Source: Tetramitus jugosus
Lineage: Eukaryota > Protista > Heterolobosea
NCBI GenBank assembly: GCA_937625935.1
Contig: OW569362.1
Location: 310,001-374,000, forward strand
Reading direction: 5' to 3'
DNA length: 64,000 nucleotides
In this document: positions 1-10,375 of the stretch, in pieces
Position numbering within the stretch: position 1 is the stretch's first letter
Layout of the letters: each line of letters begins with the position of its first letter
Made by a program: the position numbers and the translations under genes
The notes under the pieces: generated by a model
Seen by the model: the letters and a program-made list of their open reading frames with translations, nothing else
What the model was told of the DNA's origin: nothing
Database searches by the model: none

Positions 1-49
1 CCACACAAGAGCAAAAAAAACATTTTTTATTCGACCGTCAAAAACTCAA

Positions 50-1928
50 ATGTCTCTTCGTCTGTCTCAAACCGCCGCATCAAAGGTCAACCAATGCAAG
101 AAGGTTGCTGCCCCATTGCTTAAACAACAACAGAGATTTGCTTCTGTGAACCCAGTTGTCCAACATCATGAAAAATTGAGGGTACGGTATCAAAAATGAT
201 CGTCATTATTAAGGTGTCATTTTTATGTTCCGCCACATCTTTGATGATGCAAAAGCTAACATGTCATTTTTTCATTTTTTTCGCATCATTTTTTCTCCAT
301 CCATGCAACCTTGCAACCTATCATACGAAATATGAACATCCAATCACCAATACGATACTATTGAAAATTTGAATCGAAACAAACGATATATGAATAATAA
401 TAATACAAAATACAAAATACGAACCTATGTTTATCTCTGTTGAATGTGTATGACATCATGATATGATAGCCAACCGTTCAAGTAGATCCTCTTGAGCCAA
501 TTCAATTCCCTAGACAGAGACCTGGTATCGAGTATGATTTGAACTGGAGTTTAGTCCCATTGCAAATCACACCTTATCACGACTCATTCAGAAATGCAAG
601 TGTTGAAAATTTGTTGAAGCGTGCCTATGGTGAAATCAAGGAGAACAGTTCTCTCTTGTTCAATGCCTCTACCACTGAAACCACCGCCACTGCCACCACT
701 ACTGAATATCAAAAGTTGATTACTTTCCAACCTGAAGAACTACAGACCAATTGGAAGATTTTCGCACCAAAGTTCCACAGAAGAGTTCAAAGAGATGTGT
801 GTATCATGATACTATTGTCATTGTAATTTTTGTTATATTTGTAATTGTTGATATTGGTGTGATGATGATGATGAAAATTGACACATTCTATTTGGTTGTT
901 ATTGTGATTGTTTACATTAGGTTGCTTACTATTTGACTCATGCTCCATCTTCATTTGTTCAAGATGGTGATTTTGGATATGGTGTTAAATTGAGAGTGAT
1001 AACAGACAATGCAAACACTGGTCTCATTTTGAAGAATTTGATCTTGTCTACACGCAGATTGTCTGCTGTTGAATTCAAGTATGATGCATTGGTGTTCCAT
1101 GCTCCAGGATACCAATTCACACCAAACAATGTTGTTGAAGAATTCAACGGACCAAAGCCAGCTGACTTGGGATTGACCAATGATCAATTTGTCATGTTGA
1201 ACGATCAAGAAAACAGAGTGACCATTGGAGGTGTCAATGATTTGAATGTTTTGATTGATTCTATTGTTCATTTGACTTCAAAGGCTGCTTTGGCCAAGGG
1301 ATCTATCATTCTTCCATCTGATGCCATCATTTCAAAGAATGGAGCCGTTACATTGATTGTGAACAATAATGGTGATGATGCCGCTCAAGTCAGAAAGAAT
1401 GCCCTGGCCAAGACCAACTCCAAGCACTACTCCCTATATTCATCACATCACAACATGTTGAGCAAGGATGGATTGAGCAGAGTTTGGAACGGTTCCAGAG
1501 TTGTTGTCGACAGTGCCACATTCAACAAGCTCAAGTTGGGTGCTGGTGACGTTGTCGAAAGCATCAACGGAGGTAAGCAATATATTGTCACAACAAAGGA
1601 CAGCGTCAGACCAACTGTCGTCAAGGCTCCATCCACCATTGTCTTCATGGTCAAGGACAGTTCCAACAATGTGCCAACTCTTGGACAAATCAATGCCGAA
1701 ACTGCAAAGAACTTGCTTGTGAGCGGAAAGGCAAACTTCCCAGAGCTATCAGCAGACAATGTGAAACAAGTGTTTGATCAGTTGACATCCAATGTTCAAT
1801 TCTATGTGGTCAACAGTTCCTATGACAACAAGACCATTGCTCAAGCTGTTGACTCTGTTGCATCTGGATCTGTTAAGTCTGCATCTGCTGCTGATTCAGC
1901 TGTGCAAGCTTTCTTGGGGGGTAAGTAA
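50..1928 (+). CDS. Degenerate ATP-type PEP carboxykinase-like protein with probable mitochondrial presequence; 3 exons (50-181, 470-796, 921-1928)
   Basis: GT..AG introns 182-469 and 797-920 join in frame. The N-terminus MSLRLSQTAASK...QQRFAS is basic and acid-free. PEPCK-like segments FVQDG..G..LRVITD and P..IVFMVKDSSNNVPTLGQI are present, but the GLSGTGKT and GDDEH motifs are not. Confidence 0.7.
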
Positions 1929-2075
1929 ATAACGGGAAATAATAATGAACCACACATATCTATGTAAACATAAAATGAAAATGAATTGTCATTTGCTTTC
2001 ATGTTGGTGGTGTATACATAAGTCGCGACAACAACATTTCTTTTACATTGTAAAGGATCACATCACCCAAATCGT

Positions 2076-3302
2076 TTATAAACGAAGTCGATAATGACTC
2101 GATGTCTTGACCGAAGGTCTCAGCCGAATATTCGCCCATTCCTTGTCCTGCTCCTCATTCAACAAAATGATTGGCACACGATTCTCTTTTTGTACCACGG
2201 ATGGTGCATGAACAATGTTTGACGGTCGTGATAATGCTGTAGAGACGGGGGAAGATGCACTCGGAGCCTTCTTCTTGATACTACCATTATTATTACTACT
2301 ATTACTACTATGATTCACATTCGATGATGAGATTGATTTACTCTTCTTTTGTGTCGTCGGATTACGCGACGCATTCCTTTTCTTTGCGGCAGTGCTTGAA
2401 ATTGTCGTTGTTGTTGCTGCTGTAATTGCAGAGGATGACAATTCAACAGTAGTAGAGCTAGAACTGTTTGGTGTTTTTCGCACAGTGAAATGTGTCGCAG
2501 CAGCAGCAGCAGCCATTTGAATACTACCCGTACTACTACTACTACCAATACCAATACCAATATTACTCTTATTACTAATAATATTCATACTACTACTACT
2601 ACTACTACTATTACTACTATTTCCAATGGTTCTCCTCTTCTTTCGACTCATTATTGATGATGATGATGTTGTTCCTCCTCGTGAATGACGATTAAAATTG
2701 TATTCACCATCATCATGATCATCACTACTGCCACTCGTACCAGCATCATCACCTTCATCATTACTATCATGATCAAAATTGGGTACAACTGCTGTTCTTC
2801 TTCTTTTTGCTCGTTTTTTCATACTTGTTGTTGCTATTGTTGATGTTGTTGTTGGTTTTACTGCGCGGGAAAATGATCTCGTTGACGGAACAATTTTGTC
2901 ATCATCACTACTTGTGTCATAAACATTGTTGCTGTTCGTTGAAGCAGCAGCAGCTGTTGTTGTTGTTGTTGTTGTTGTATAGTCATCACTGTCGTAGCTA
3001 TCATTGGTGGTTTTGGCAGTGATGAGTGTGATGCTTTGTCGGTGATTCTTTTTTCTTTTTGTTGTTGCGGTAGTCGTACGCGAGGTGGTGGTTGTTGTCG
3101 TGAGTGGTGGATGTGAAATATTGTTTAGTGATGATGCAGAAGAGGAGACATTAGAGTTGGTGGTTGTTGTTGTTGATGCTCTTGTGATCTTTGGTGATGA
3201 TGATGATGATGATAATGATTGTGGATGGGAGGGAAGTGTAGGAATGGCACCAATGGGCCGTCTGGCCAATCGATTTTGAACAGAAACGATATTTCGTTGC
3301 AT
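2076..3302 (-). CDS. Ser/Thr-rich low-complexity hypothetical protein (408 aa), possibly nuclear
   Basis: Long ATG ORF with poly-S/T tracts and basic clusters (KRKKNHR, KKRAKRRR, RKKRR). No recognisable domain. Confidence 0.6.
   Translation of the reverse strand: MQRNIVSVQNRLARRPIGAIPTLPSHPQSLSSSSSSPKITRASTTTTTNSNVSSSASSLNNISHPPLTTTTTTSRTTTATTKRKKNHRQSITLITAKTTNDSYDSDDYTTTTTTTTAAAASTNSNNVYDTSSDDDKIVPSTRSFSRAVKPTTTSTIATTSMKKRAKRRRTAVVPNFDHDSNDEGDDAGTSGSSDDHDDGEYNFNRHSRGGTTSSSSIMSRKKRRTIGNSSNSSSSSSSMNIISNKSNIGIGIGSSSSTGSIQMAAAAAATHFTVRKTPNSSSSTTVELSSSAITAATTTTISSTAAKKRNASRNPTTQKKSKSISSSNVNHSSNSSNNNGSIKKKAPSASSPVSTALSRPSNIVHAPSVVQKENRVPIILLNEEQDKEWANIRLRPSVKTSSHYRLRL
2588..2620. repeat. (TAC)n-type trinucleotide microsatellite encoding poly-Ser on the minus strand
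   Basis: Imperfect tactactac... run inside the Ser/Thr-rich ORF. Confidence 0.7.
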
Positions 3303-3417
3303 TCTTCTTGGCCGTGTTTGTTTTTCTTCTTAGGTTTGTTCTTTTTGGAGAAAGAACTTTTTTATTTGTGATCAGACATGTCAAATGTTCGAAACACCTC
3401 TGTGCATAAGAAAGCTT

Positions 3418-4266
3418 TTAGTTGTTCATGAGTTCCTTGGCCATTTTCTCTGCTCTAGTCTTAGATAGCTCAGCGTAGCCTCCTTCCATTTCTCTTGCAA
3501 CACTATCTGGTGCCAACTTGATCAACCAGTCCATGATCCATGAAGGAACCCAACCTCCCACGTCCATGACCATGATAAACGTCCAATCGCACTCCGTATC
3601 AGGGTTCGTTGCACATTGCTTGAACACGCAAACTTGGTAGAGAACTTTGGCGCGAACGTGTGTGTCCGATGGAGGAACATCGTCTCTTTCCGTAAATTTC
3701 TCCACCATGACAACGTACTCTAGTCCTTCGTCATCAGTAAAGTAATTCCATGCACGAGCAGTGAGCATTTCTCTCTGTGAGACGACCCAGGTGTTTGGTG
3801 AGGTTGTCAAAACGTATACTACATCGTGACGGTTACTGTAAGCAGAGAAAAATTGTGTGAGTCGAAAAAGCTTACATGCAGGGGAAATGGGGGCGAAAAA
3901 AAGCGCGAAAAAAATTGTAGCTCGCGGACTAATTAGATGCGCAACAACGACATACTCTTCATGATTCTCGATCCATTTAATCTCGGCCAAATTATCCTTG
4001 GCAGCTACTTTACGTATTCTTACATCTCTGAGCGTCTCAAACAAATCCAAAAAGTTATACTTGAGATGACTAACGAATTTAAATTCTTGTCTCTGTGAAA
4101 CATCTTCGTTTGTTGCACTTGGTGTCTTGCTGTACAGTGTAGTTCCTTTATCTTGTGTGGTCAATGTCCATGAGTCGTCGTGTGTCAACACGTCCTTTAA
4201 GCACTTTTCAAAGTAAGCTTCTGTGATGGTAGGTGAGTTGGAGTTTGGTGTGTATTTGGCTTTCAT
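3418..4266 (-). CDS. START-domain lipid-binding protein with a 120-nt in-frame intron (3836-3955)
   Basis: START features: W..T..KG..LYSK, VSQREM, VPP...HVRA, MDVGGWVPSWI. GTATGT donor at 3955 and CAG acceptor ending at 3836 remove an out-of-place hydrophobic 40-aa segment. Confidence 0.85.
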   Translation of the reverse strand: MKAKYTPNSNSPTITEAYFEKCLKDVLTHDDSWTLTTQDKGTTLYSKTPSATNEDVSQRQEFKFVSHLKYNFLDLFETLRDVRIRKVAAKDNLAEIKWIENHEEYVVVAHLISPRATIFFALFFAPISPACKLFRLTQFFSAYSNRHDVVYVLTTSPNTWVVSQREMLTARAWNYFTDDEGLEYVVMVEKFTERDDVPPSDTHVRAKVLYQVCVFKQCATNPDTECDWTFIMVMDVGGWVPSWIMDWLIKLAPDSVAREMEGGYAELSKTRAEKMAKELMNN

Positions 4267-4362
4267 TGTTATTGTTGTTGTTAAATTATTATTGATTGTT
4301 GTTGTTGTGTTGGTTGTTGATAGTCGTTGAAATTTCTTACGAATATTTGTTTTGCTTTTTGG

Positions 4363-7300
4363 CTATGGCGGAGAATGGGTATTCGGCGTTGATGGTTTGG
4401 CGCCAATCGGACCAACGGGGAGTACGGACCTATATTTCTTTTGGATCATGGAAGATTGTATGTGGTTCAGAACCTGGGAATTGAAGAACCAACGCCAGAA
4501 TTCACTGTCTTGTCTTTGCTCTGAGGCCTTTTGACACAAACGCCGAATGAATCGCAATAATCTCGTTGCCAGTTCTAAATTTTTGTCTTCAAATATCAGT
4601 TGATCGAAGTATTGAAGCAAAAGTTCTAGTCTGAGGTGAGACTGATTATGCCCTTTGAGCATTTCTAGGTAGGAATTGCTCTTTGCAGATGACAACTCAT
4701 CATTATCGAAAAGTGTAGGACTGGATTGCGATTTGATCAGTTCTGGAAAGGAGTCAATCCACTTGCGAAGAGTATCCTTGAGAGAGAGGAAATTATCAGA
4801 GAATGAGTTGGAATATAATGGATAAGCTGGATCACTTGTTGAGTTGTCTCCCATTTGTACTTCGGAAGTTTCATCTAACGTTGATGATGAAGAATTATTA
4901 TCTTGTGTAGTTAGTGTCAAGGGCTTGACTGTAAGTCTCTGTTTTTGTTGTTTGTCCTGATGCGCATCCAACAGTACTTGCTGCTGAATCTGAGTGGGGA
5001 GTTCTTTTAACACTTGATAGTTCACTTGGCTATACATTCCACGGGCAACATCCTGTGTGTTTGGAGGGGGAGCAATAATATTAACTTTAATCGATTCCTT
5101 GGGACTGGTGACCCGCTCTACGAAGTGAAACAATTTCTTTTGCTTAGGACCAATAATTGGGTTTGATACTGGTTTCCTCTTTCCTAATGTCGATTTTGTC
5201 TGTTTGTTTGTTTTTGTAGGTTTCGTACTCGCAGGTCTCGTAGTATTTGTACGATAAGCTTCGATCAATTCGTTCCTAATGTCTTCAGGTAGCGATTCGA
5301 AAATATCAGCATCAATTTGAGAAATATTAGGTAGCTGTTCTCTCGCCTGAACATGTGTAGTATTTGACTCAACTATTGGTTCAGTATTTTGTAACATCTC
5401 AGTTTCCGTGATATGTTCATTTGTAATAGCGTTTTCATTCTCATTGTGTTTATCGATTCGCTGGAAGAACTGAGAAACACGCATCGTAGTCCTGTCTCTT
5501 ATGATCCGAGTGATTTTGCTTATTCTAATACCAATACCTCTCAATTCACATGGTTCAATCTTCAGTTGCTCGTACAAACTCTTTGCGTGCTGAGATAGAA
5601 TTCGGAGTTCATTGGTATGGTCCGGCATGGTTGCGGATTTTGAAAATGTCTCACACATACCATGACCGTTGAACTTTGTAGGTTCAATAGGAGCATCTGG
5701 ATGTCTTTTCATCATCTTTAAGGTGATGCATTTCGCTAAGATATTCTCGAGTTGGAGACGTTCGCTCATCTCTTCACATAATTTCTCAAGAAAGAAATTG
5801 ACTTGTTCGATTTTGTCAAAGCGGATGCCGTAGTTGACTTCGACAGTCCTAGATTTTTTGTCCCATCCACTATCTTGATTCGAGAAGTCATCAACTGTTT
5901 CTTCACCTCGACATTGCTTGTACAACGTCTCTCCCTTTTTCGTTCCAAACACTTGTTGCAATTTGGTTTTCTCGATAGTTAATAGCTGCTCAACTGTTGT
6001 CACACCAAGTTCTTTCTCAAGTTTTGTATTCATTTTTCTTCCTACACCAGAGAGATCTCTAATTGTGAACGAGCTCATGAAGGCAGACAGTTCTAAGGAC
6101 TGACTCACAAGAAACTGTCCATTTGGCTTTGCTTTCTTGGTAGCCATACGAGCTAACAACTTGTTTGGTCCTATTCCAGCACTGGCAGTACATCCAGTGG
6201 TAGTTTCAATCTTCTTTCGAATTTGTGACACCAAATCTGTTGCATGAGCCTCATCGACACAAGTTTGGTGCATATAAATGTACGATTCATCAATAGAAGA
6301 CACTTCAATCGAATCTGCAGGGACGAACTGTTTCAATATCTCATACACTTGTAGAGCAGCCTCTTCATATAGATTGAATTGATATGGTACAATAATGAGA
6401 TCTTTGCAAAGCTCTTTAGCTCTACCGATCCACATTCCAGCTTTGACTCCAAATTCACGAGCAACATAATTTGCTGAACTAATTTCTCCATTTGTATTAC
6501 TACCTGAATGAGCCACTGCCATCGGAAGAGTCCTAAGACGAGGATTCTGTTTCATGGCTATCGCTGCAAAGAAGCAGTCCATATCTAAGTGAACCACAAA
6601 GTAGTTTCCCGTATTCGGTCGAAGAGCTAGCTTTTTTCTCAGAGAAGCGTGCTTCTTAATCGTATACTCATTACGTTCCATGAAGCGTCTTCTCCATGAT
6701 CCTATGAAGTGCAGCCGCGAGTTCTTCAAAAAGTTCTTGACAAAATTAGGGTCAGTAGCAGCGTTATGGAGGTTATTTGCTCGGGGTTCGCTCTCAGTAG
6801 CGTTGCTTGGGTTCAATGGAACCGCATTGTTATTTTTGAAGGCTATCATGACTTGTTTCTGATCACTTAACAGCAAGTATGATCTTTCTGGTTGTTTGCA
6901 CCCTAATCGAATAGAATCCAAAATCCATTCAGGTCGAACAACAAAGGTCCTTGTCCGCTCATCCATGCTACTGTATTCTTTAATTTTCGAATGAGGTAAA
7001 TTGGTGGCAATGACATGAGTCACCAAACGACGAGAAAAATACTGCTCATATGCACCACCATGCTGATACACCATCTCTCTTAGTTCAACCATCCCTGGTT
7101 GCGTAAATCCATCCACATGTATCACCACTCCTTGAAACATACCACTTTCTACATTGTTCTTCTGTTCATCGAGGTACTGATCTCTTAGCTTTATGTTCTT
7201 GTGATGAAAATAATCACCTCTTGATTTCCAGGCTTGCACCGTCGATTTTTGTGGTTGAATCGTTGGTGGTGCCATCTTCTTTGGTTCACTTGTCAAGAAG

Positions 7301-7452
7301 GGTCGCTTTTGATTGGAGACAAATGAATCATTGTTCATTTGTATCGATGGTCCTACTGCTGTTTGACAGTCAGACAATAGTTCGATCATTTCCTCATCAT
7401 CTTTTTCTTCGTCCTCTTCATGGTTTTCGTATTGATTTTCTTCCGTGTTCAT
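4363..7452 (-). CDS. REV1: DNA repair protein REV1 (Y-family deoxycytidyl transferase)
   Basis: N-terminal BRCT (GV.IHVDG.T.P...HGG...THVIA...PEWILDSI), SRLH N-digit, HLDMDCFF, SANYVAR.FGV, SIDE, two UBM-like motifs (QIDADIFESLPEDIRNEL, QVNYQVLKELPTQIQ) and a C-terminal helical domain. Confidence 0.97.
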   Translation of the reverse strand: MNTEENQYENHEEDEEKDDEEMIELLSDCQTAVGPSIQMNNDSFVSNQKRPFLTSEPKKMAPPTIQPQKSTVQAWKSRGDYFHHKNIKLRDQYLDEQKNNVESGMFQGVVIHVDGFTQPGMVELREMVYQHGGAYEQYFSRRLVTHVIATNLPHSKIKEYSSMDERTRTFVVRPEWILDSIRLGCKQPERSYLLLSDQKQVMIAFKNNNAVPLNPSNATESEPRANNLHNAATDPNFVKNFLKNSRLHFIGSWRRRFMERNEYTIKKHASLRKKLALRPNTGNYFVVHLDMDCFFAAIAMKQNPRLRTLPMAVAHSGSNTNGEISSANYVAREFGVKAGMWIGRAKELCKDLIIVPYQFNLYEEAALQVYEILKQFVPADSIEVSSIDESYIYMHQTCVDEAHATDLVSQIRKKIETTTGCTASAGIGPNKLLARMATKKAKPNGQFLVSQSLELSAFMSSFTIRDLSGVGRKMNTKLEKELGVTTVEQLLTIEKTKLQQVFGTKKGETLYKQCRGEETVDDFSNQDSGWDKKSRTVEVNYGIRFDKIEQVNFFLEKLCEEMSERLQLENILAKCITLKMMKRHPDAPIEPTKFNGHGMCETFSKSATMPDHTNELRILSQHAKSLYEQLKIEPCELRGIGIRISKITRIIRDRTTMRVSQFFQRIDKHNENENAITNEHITETEMLQNTEPIVESNTTHVQAREQLPNISQIDADIFESLPEDIRNELIEAYRTNTTRPASTKPTKTNKQTKSTLGKRKPVSNPIIGPKQKKLFHFVERVTSPKESIKVNIIAPPPNTQDVARGMYSQVNYQVLKELPTQIQQQVLLDAHQDKQQKQRLTVKPLTLTTQDNNSSSSTLDETSEVQMGDNSTSDPAYPLYSNSFSDNFLSLKDTLRKWIDSFPELIKSQSSPTLFDNDELSSAKSNSYLEMLKGHNQSHLRLELLLQYFDQLIFEDKNLELATRLLRFIRRLCQKASEQRQDSEFWRWFFNSQVLNHIQSSMIQKKYRSVLPVGPIGAKPSTPNTHSPP

Positions 7453-7566
7453 TCAAGTTTTGTGTTTTTGTTCGAGTAAACACTGGCAGTCTTGTATATC
7501 CGACGAGTTAAGTGGCACATGTGAGAGGTGAACTCTGATGCTTTTATTAGTGAAGAGATAGTATAC

Positions 7567-8232
7567 CTACTTATCAATCTCAAATAACTGAGAAAGTGCC
7601 TTGCGCCCATCCACTGAGAGTTTACGAGAGCCAATGCCAGTGTAGATTCCAAAGGGTGTGGGAGGTTGATAAGTGATCGTTCGCCACTCAAATTGACAAA
7701 ATTGACCATTGTCAAAGGTTGCGTACCCACGATTCCACTGTTTCGATTTCATATCATACAGGTACATGGGAATCGCATAATCATCAGAGGAATCCTTGTT
7801 GAACGTCTCCAAGTAGTTCAAGAGAAACATCTGACATGCCCAGGCAGTACCTCCCTCAACACCCACAGATGTCTTTTCAGCTTTGGATTCGTCCTTGTTT
7901 GAAATGGCATACAATAGGGTCGAATACTTGATCTGAAAGTAATTACGTCTCAACAGGTCATAGTCAAAGTTAGGTCTCAGTAAATGATTGTTTGCTTGTT
8001 TCAGCCATTTCATAGCAGACAAGAGTTCTTCACGAGTTAGCTTTATTAGACGTGAATTCTTTGACGACACAGCTGAATGACCCTCAAAGCTCATGATAGC
8101 CACATTGTGATGATGCTTCAAAGCAATGGTCTCCCATGCACTATCAGCACCCATGGCACCTCCACTCACACAAACATTTGTGTCAATGTTAGCTTCTTTC
8201 AACCATTGGTCCAATGTTTCGAGTGGTGTCAT
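7567..8232 (-). CDS. SLOG-superfamily (circularly permuted YpsA-like) putative nucleotide-binding protein
   Basis: Motif order SGGAMGAD ... LRRN..QI ... GGT ... C-terminal GIGSR matches the permuted SLOG layout. First ATG at 8232; the ORF is open to 8298. Confidence 0.6.
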   Translation of the reverse strand: MTPLETLDQWLKEANIDTNVCVSGGAMGADSAWETIALKHHHNVAIMSFEGHSAVSSKNSRLIKLTREELLSAMKWLKQANNHLLRPNFDYDLLRRNYFQIKYSTLLYAISNKDESKAEKTSVGVEGGTAWACQMFLLNYLETFNKDSSDDYAIPMYLYDMKSKQWNRGYATFDNGQFCQFEWRTITYQPPTPFGIYTGIGSRKLSVDGRKALSQLFEIDK

Positions 8233-8341
8233 CAGAGGTAATTCAGACAATTGAAGATTGGTTTTGGGGTTTCGCTGCCAGAGCTCCTTTTCTTCCAAGT
8301 TTTAAAAAAGAACCGAAACTCCCGCGCAAGCAAAAAAAACA

Positions 8342-9166
8342 ATGTCGGACGTATTGAGACAAGCCGCTGCTCGATTGAGCGGTAGAAACAGTGCTGTGGA
8401 TCTGGAGGCACAAGAATCAAGTACAAATGAAAGCTTTCTGAATCCATTGACCAACTATATGGGTCAATGGTTCGGAAAAGAACAAGAGGAAGATCAGTCC
8501 TTCTTCGCTGGAATGTTCACGCTGACGAGACAGCAGCGCATGTATGGATTCGTCATGTCGCTTGCTTTGGGTCTCCTCTGTGTGTTTATTGCTTGTTTGA
8601 TGCTGCCCTATATTTTAATAACGTCGCGAAAGGTAAGCTAAGCGAAGAAAAAGTATTTTCGAATCAATGTTTGATGTTTGTTGAAGCTCATTTTTTTCTT
8701 TGACGTGGTGATGGTGATGCTGTGTTTTTCGTTTGTTTGATTGAATTGGGTCATCATCCTTTCTCAGTTCGCGTTCATGTACACGGCAGGTAGTTTGTTG
8801 CTCGTGTTGTCAACCATGTTTTTCATGGGACCTGCACAACAAATGAAAACCATGTTTAACTCTGATCGTTGGATACCTTCATCAGTGTACCTTGGATCCA
8901 TGGTGCTTACCTTTATTGTCGCTCTCAAAGTAAGTTCTATTTTTCAGATTGTTTCTTCTCGTATGGTTCATTTGTTAAATTTCGTGCTTAACTTTTTGTT
9001 TAATTTGCTCAATCAATATCATGTTCAGTTCGGCAATATAGTGTTTGTCATGACACTCATTTTCATACAGCTTCTTGCAATGGGGTGGTACATCTTAACG
9101 TATATACCATTTGGTATGCAGATTGTGTCTGGAGTTTTCGCTGCTGCCAGGAGATTGATCCAATAA
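8342..9166 (+). CDS. SFT2: Vesicle transport protein SFT2 (Got1/Sft2 family); 3 exons (8342-8632, 8769-8929, 9029-9166)
   Basis: LTRQQRMYGF, KFAFMYTAGS, STMFFMGP..Q.K.MF...R, WY.LTYIPFG; four TM segments; GTAAGC and GTAAGT donors. Confidence 0.9.
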
Positions 9167-9315
9167 TAATAATAAATCATTCACTGTAACATAAAGTTGA
9201 AAAATGGAGTGAATTGCTGTGTTTCGGTGTTGACGAGATAATTTGAGAAGAGAGTGCAAGTGCTCAATACTAATCGTACTTTAATTAAAGGAAGATGTGT
9301 CCTCTAGCATAATAG

Positions 9316-10206
9316 TTACAATAGCGCAATCAAGAGTGCCGCTATGATGACCAAGAATACCTGTTTGTTCAACAGAGTAGTCGATCCTGAGCTTCCTTGA
9401 GAGGAAGGAGACAATAATTCAGTCGAATTAAAGACCTCAGAAGGATGTCCACTTGTGCTAGTCGAGATTGAAGTGCTTGGCACTGGAGATGACGAAGTCG
9501 ATACAGAAGGGGAAGGTGAGGGAGATGGAGAAGGGCTTGGTGAAGGAGATGGACTTGGCGATGGTGAGGGAGAAGGTGATGGAGAAGGAGATGGTGATGG
9601 TGAAGGACTTGGTGATGGTGAAGGCGATGGAACAACAGCAACATATGGCTTCTCATTGTTATAATTTCCACCTGGACCGTAGTTGCAAACAATGGTGTAC
9701 TTGTAAGTCACATTGTCGCAATATCCTCTTCCACAACCAACTTTCAACGAATCGGCCCATACCACCTGAGTGTAATGGCCACAGACCTTGCCTGATTGGC
9801 AAGTGTTTGTCGCCAAATCATAATACTGCTTCTCATTATCCCAGCTGGTCACTGGTTTGCTCATATCTGTGACTTGAGCCGTGGATGCATAAATGTTCTC
9901 ACCAACGTAGAACGTGTGACCTGTAGAGCGGTTAGGGTTGTGATCAATGAGAGCTTTGGATGAAGATGTTGCAGTGCAAGAGTTGACCCAGTTCTGAGCA
10001 GTGGTTGCCAAGCTATCATCCCATACGAGGGCAGGCATGGTCTGAGCAGCTGGATTGACATTTGCTCTGGCAGTGTTATGAGCTGAGAGAATGGCAGTCT
10101 TCTCTGTTGCAGTCAGAGGGTAAGGTGTGTTTGCTGCAAAACACACATTACTTGTGGCTAACAACAGAACAACAAGAATAAGGATACGACTTGATTGATT
10201 CTTCAT
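9316..10206 (-). CDS. CAP/SCP/PR-1 family secreted protein 1 with (Pro-Ser)21 stalk and probable GPI signal
   Basis: Signal peptide, HN..R, WD..LA..AQ.W, GENIY, CGHYTQVVW, VGCG, VCNYGPGGN, hydrophobic C-terminus. Confidence 0.95.
   Translation of the reverse strand: MKNQSSRILILVVLLLATSNVCFAANTPYPLTATEKTAILSAHNTARANVNPAAQTMPALVWDDSLATTAQNWVNSCTATSSSKALIDHNPNRSTGHTFYVGENIYASTAQVTDMSKPVTSWDNEKQYYDLATNTCQSGKVCGHYTQVVWADSLKVGCGRGYCDNVTYKYTIVCNYGPGGNYNNEKPYVAVVPSPSPSPSPSPSPSPSPSPSPSPSPSPSPSPSPSPSPSPSPSVSTSSSPVPSTSISTSTSGHPSEVFNSTELLSPSSQGSSGSTTLLNKQVFLVIIAALLIALL
9505..9630 (-). repeat. (Pro-Ser)21 coding repeat
   Basis: 126 bp, 42 alternating Pro/Ser codons using mixed synonymous codons. Confidence 0.9.
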
Positions 10207-10375
10207 AACTTGAATTTGGTTTGCTTTTGTTTCGATGAGAGTGGATGCTTGTTATTTGTTGTAACCATGACATGTCTCTTGACCACACAAAATTCAGAGA
10301 CGACAGGACAGGTGATGCTTCAAGGGGAGAAAGATCATGCCGAATCGAAAGTCACAAATTTATTGACGCACAATC

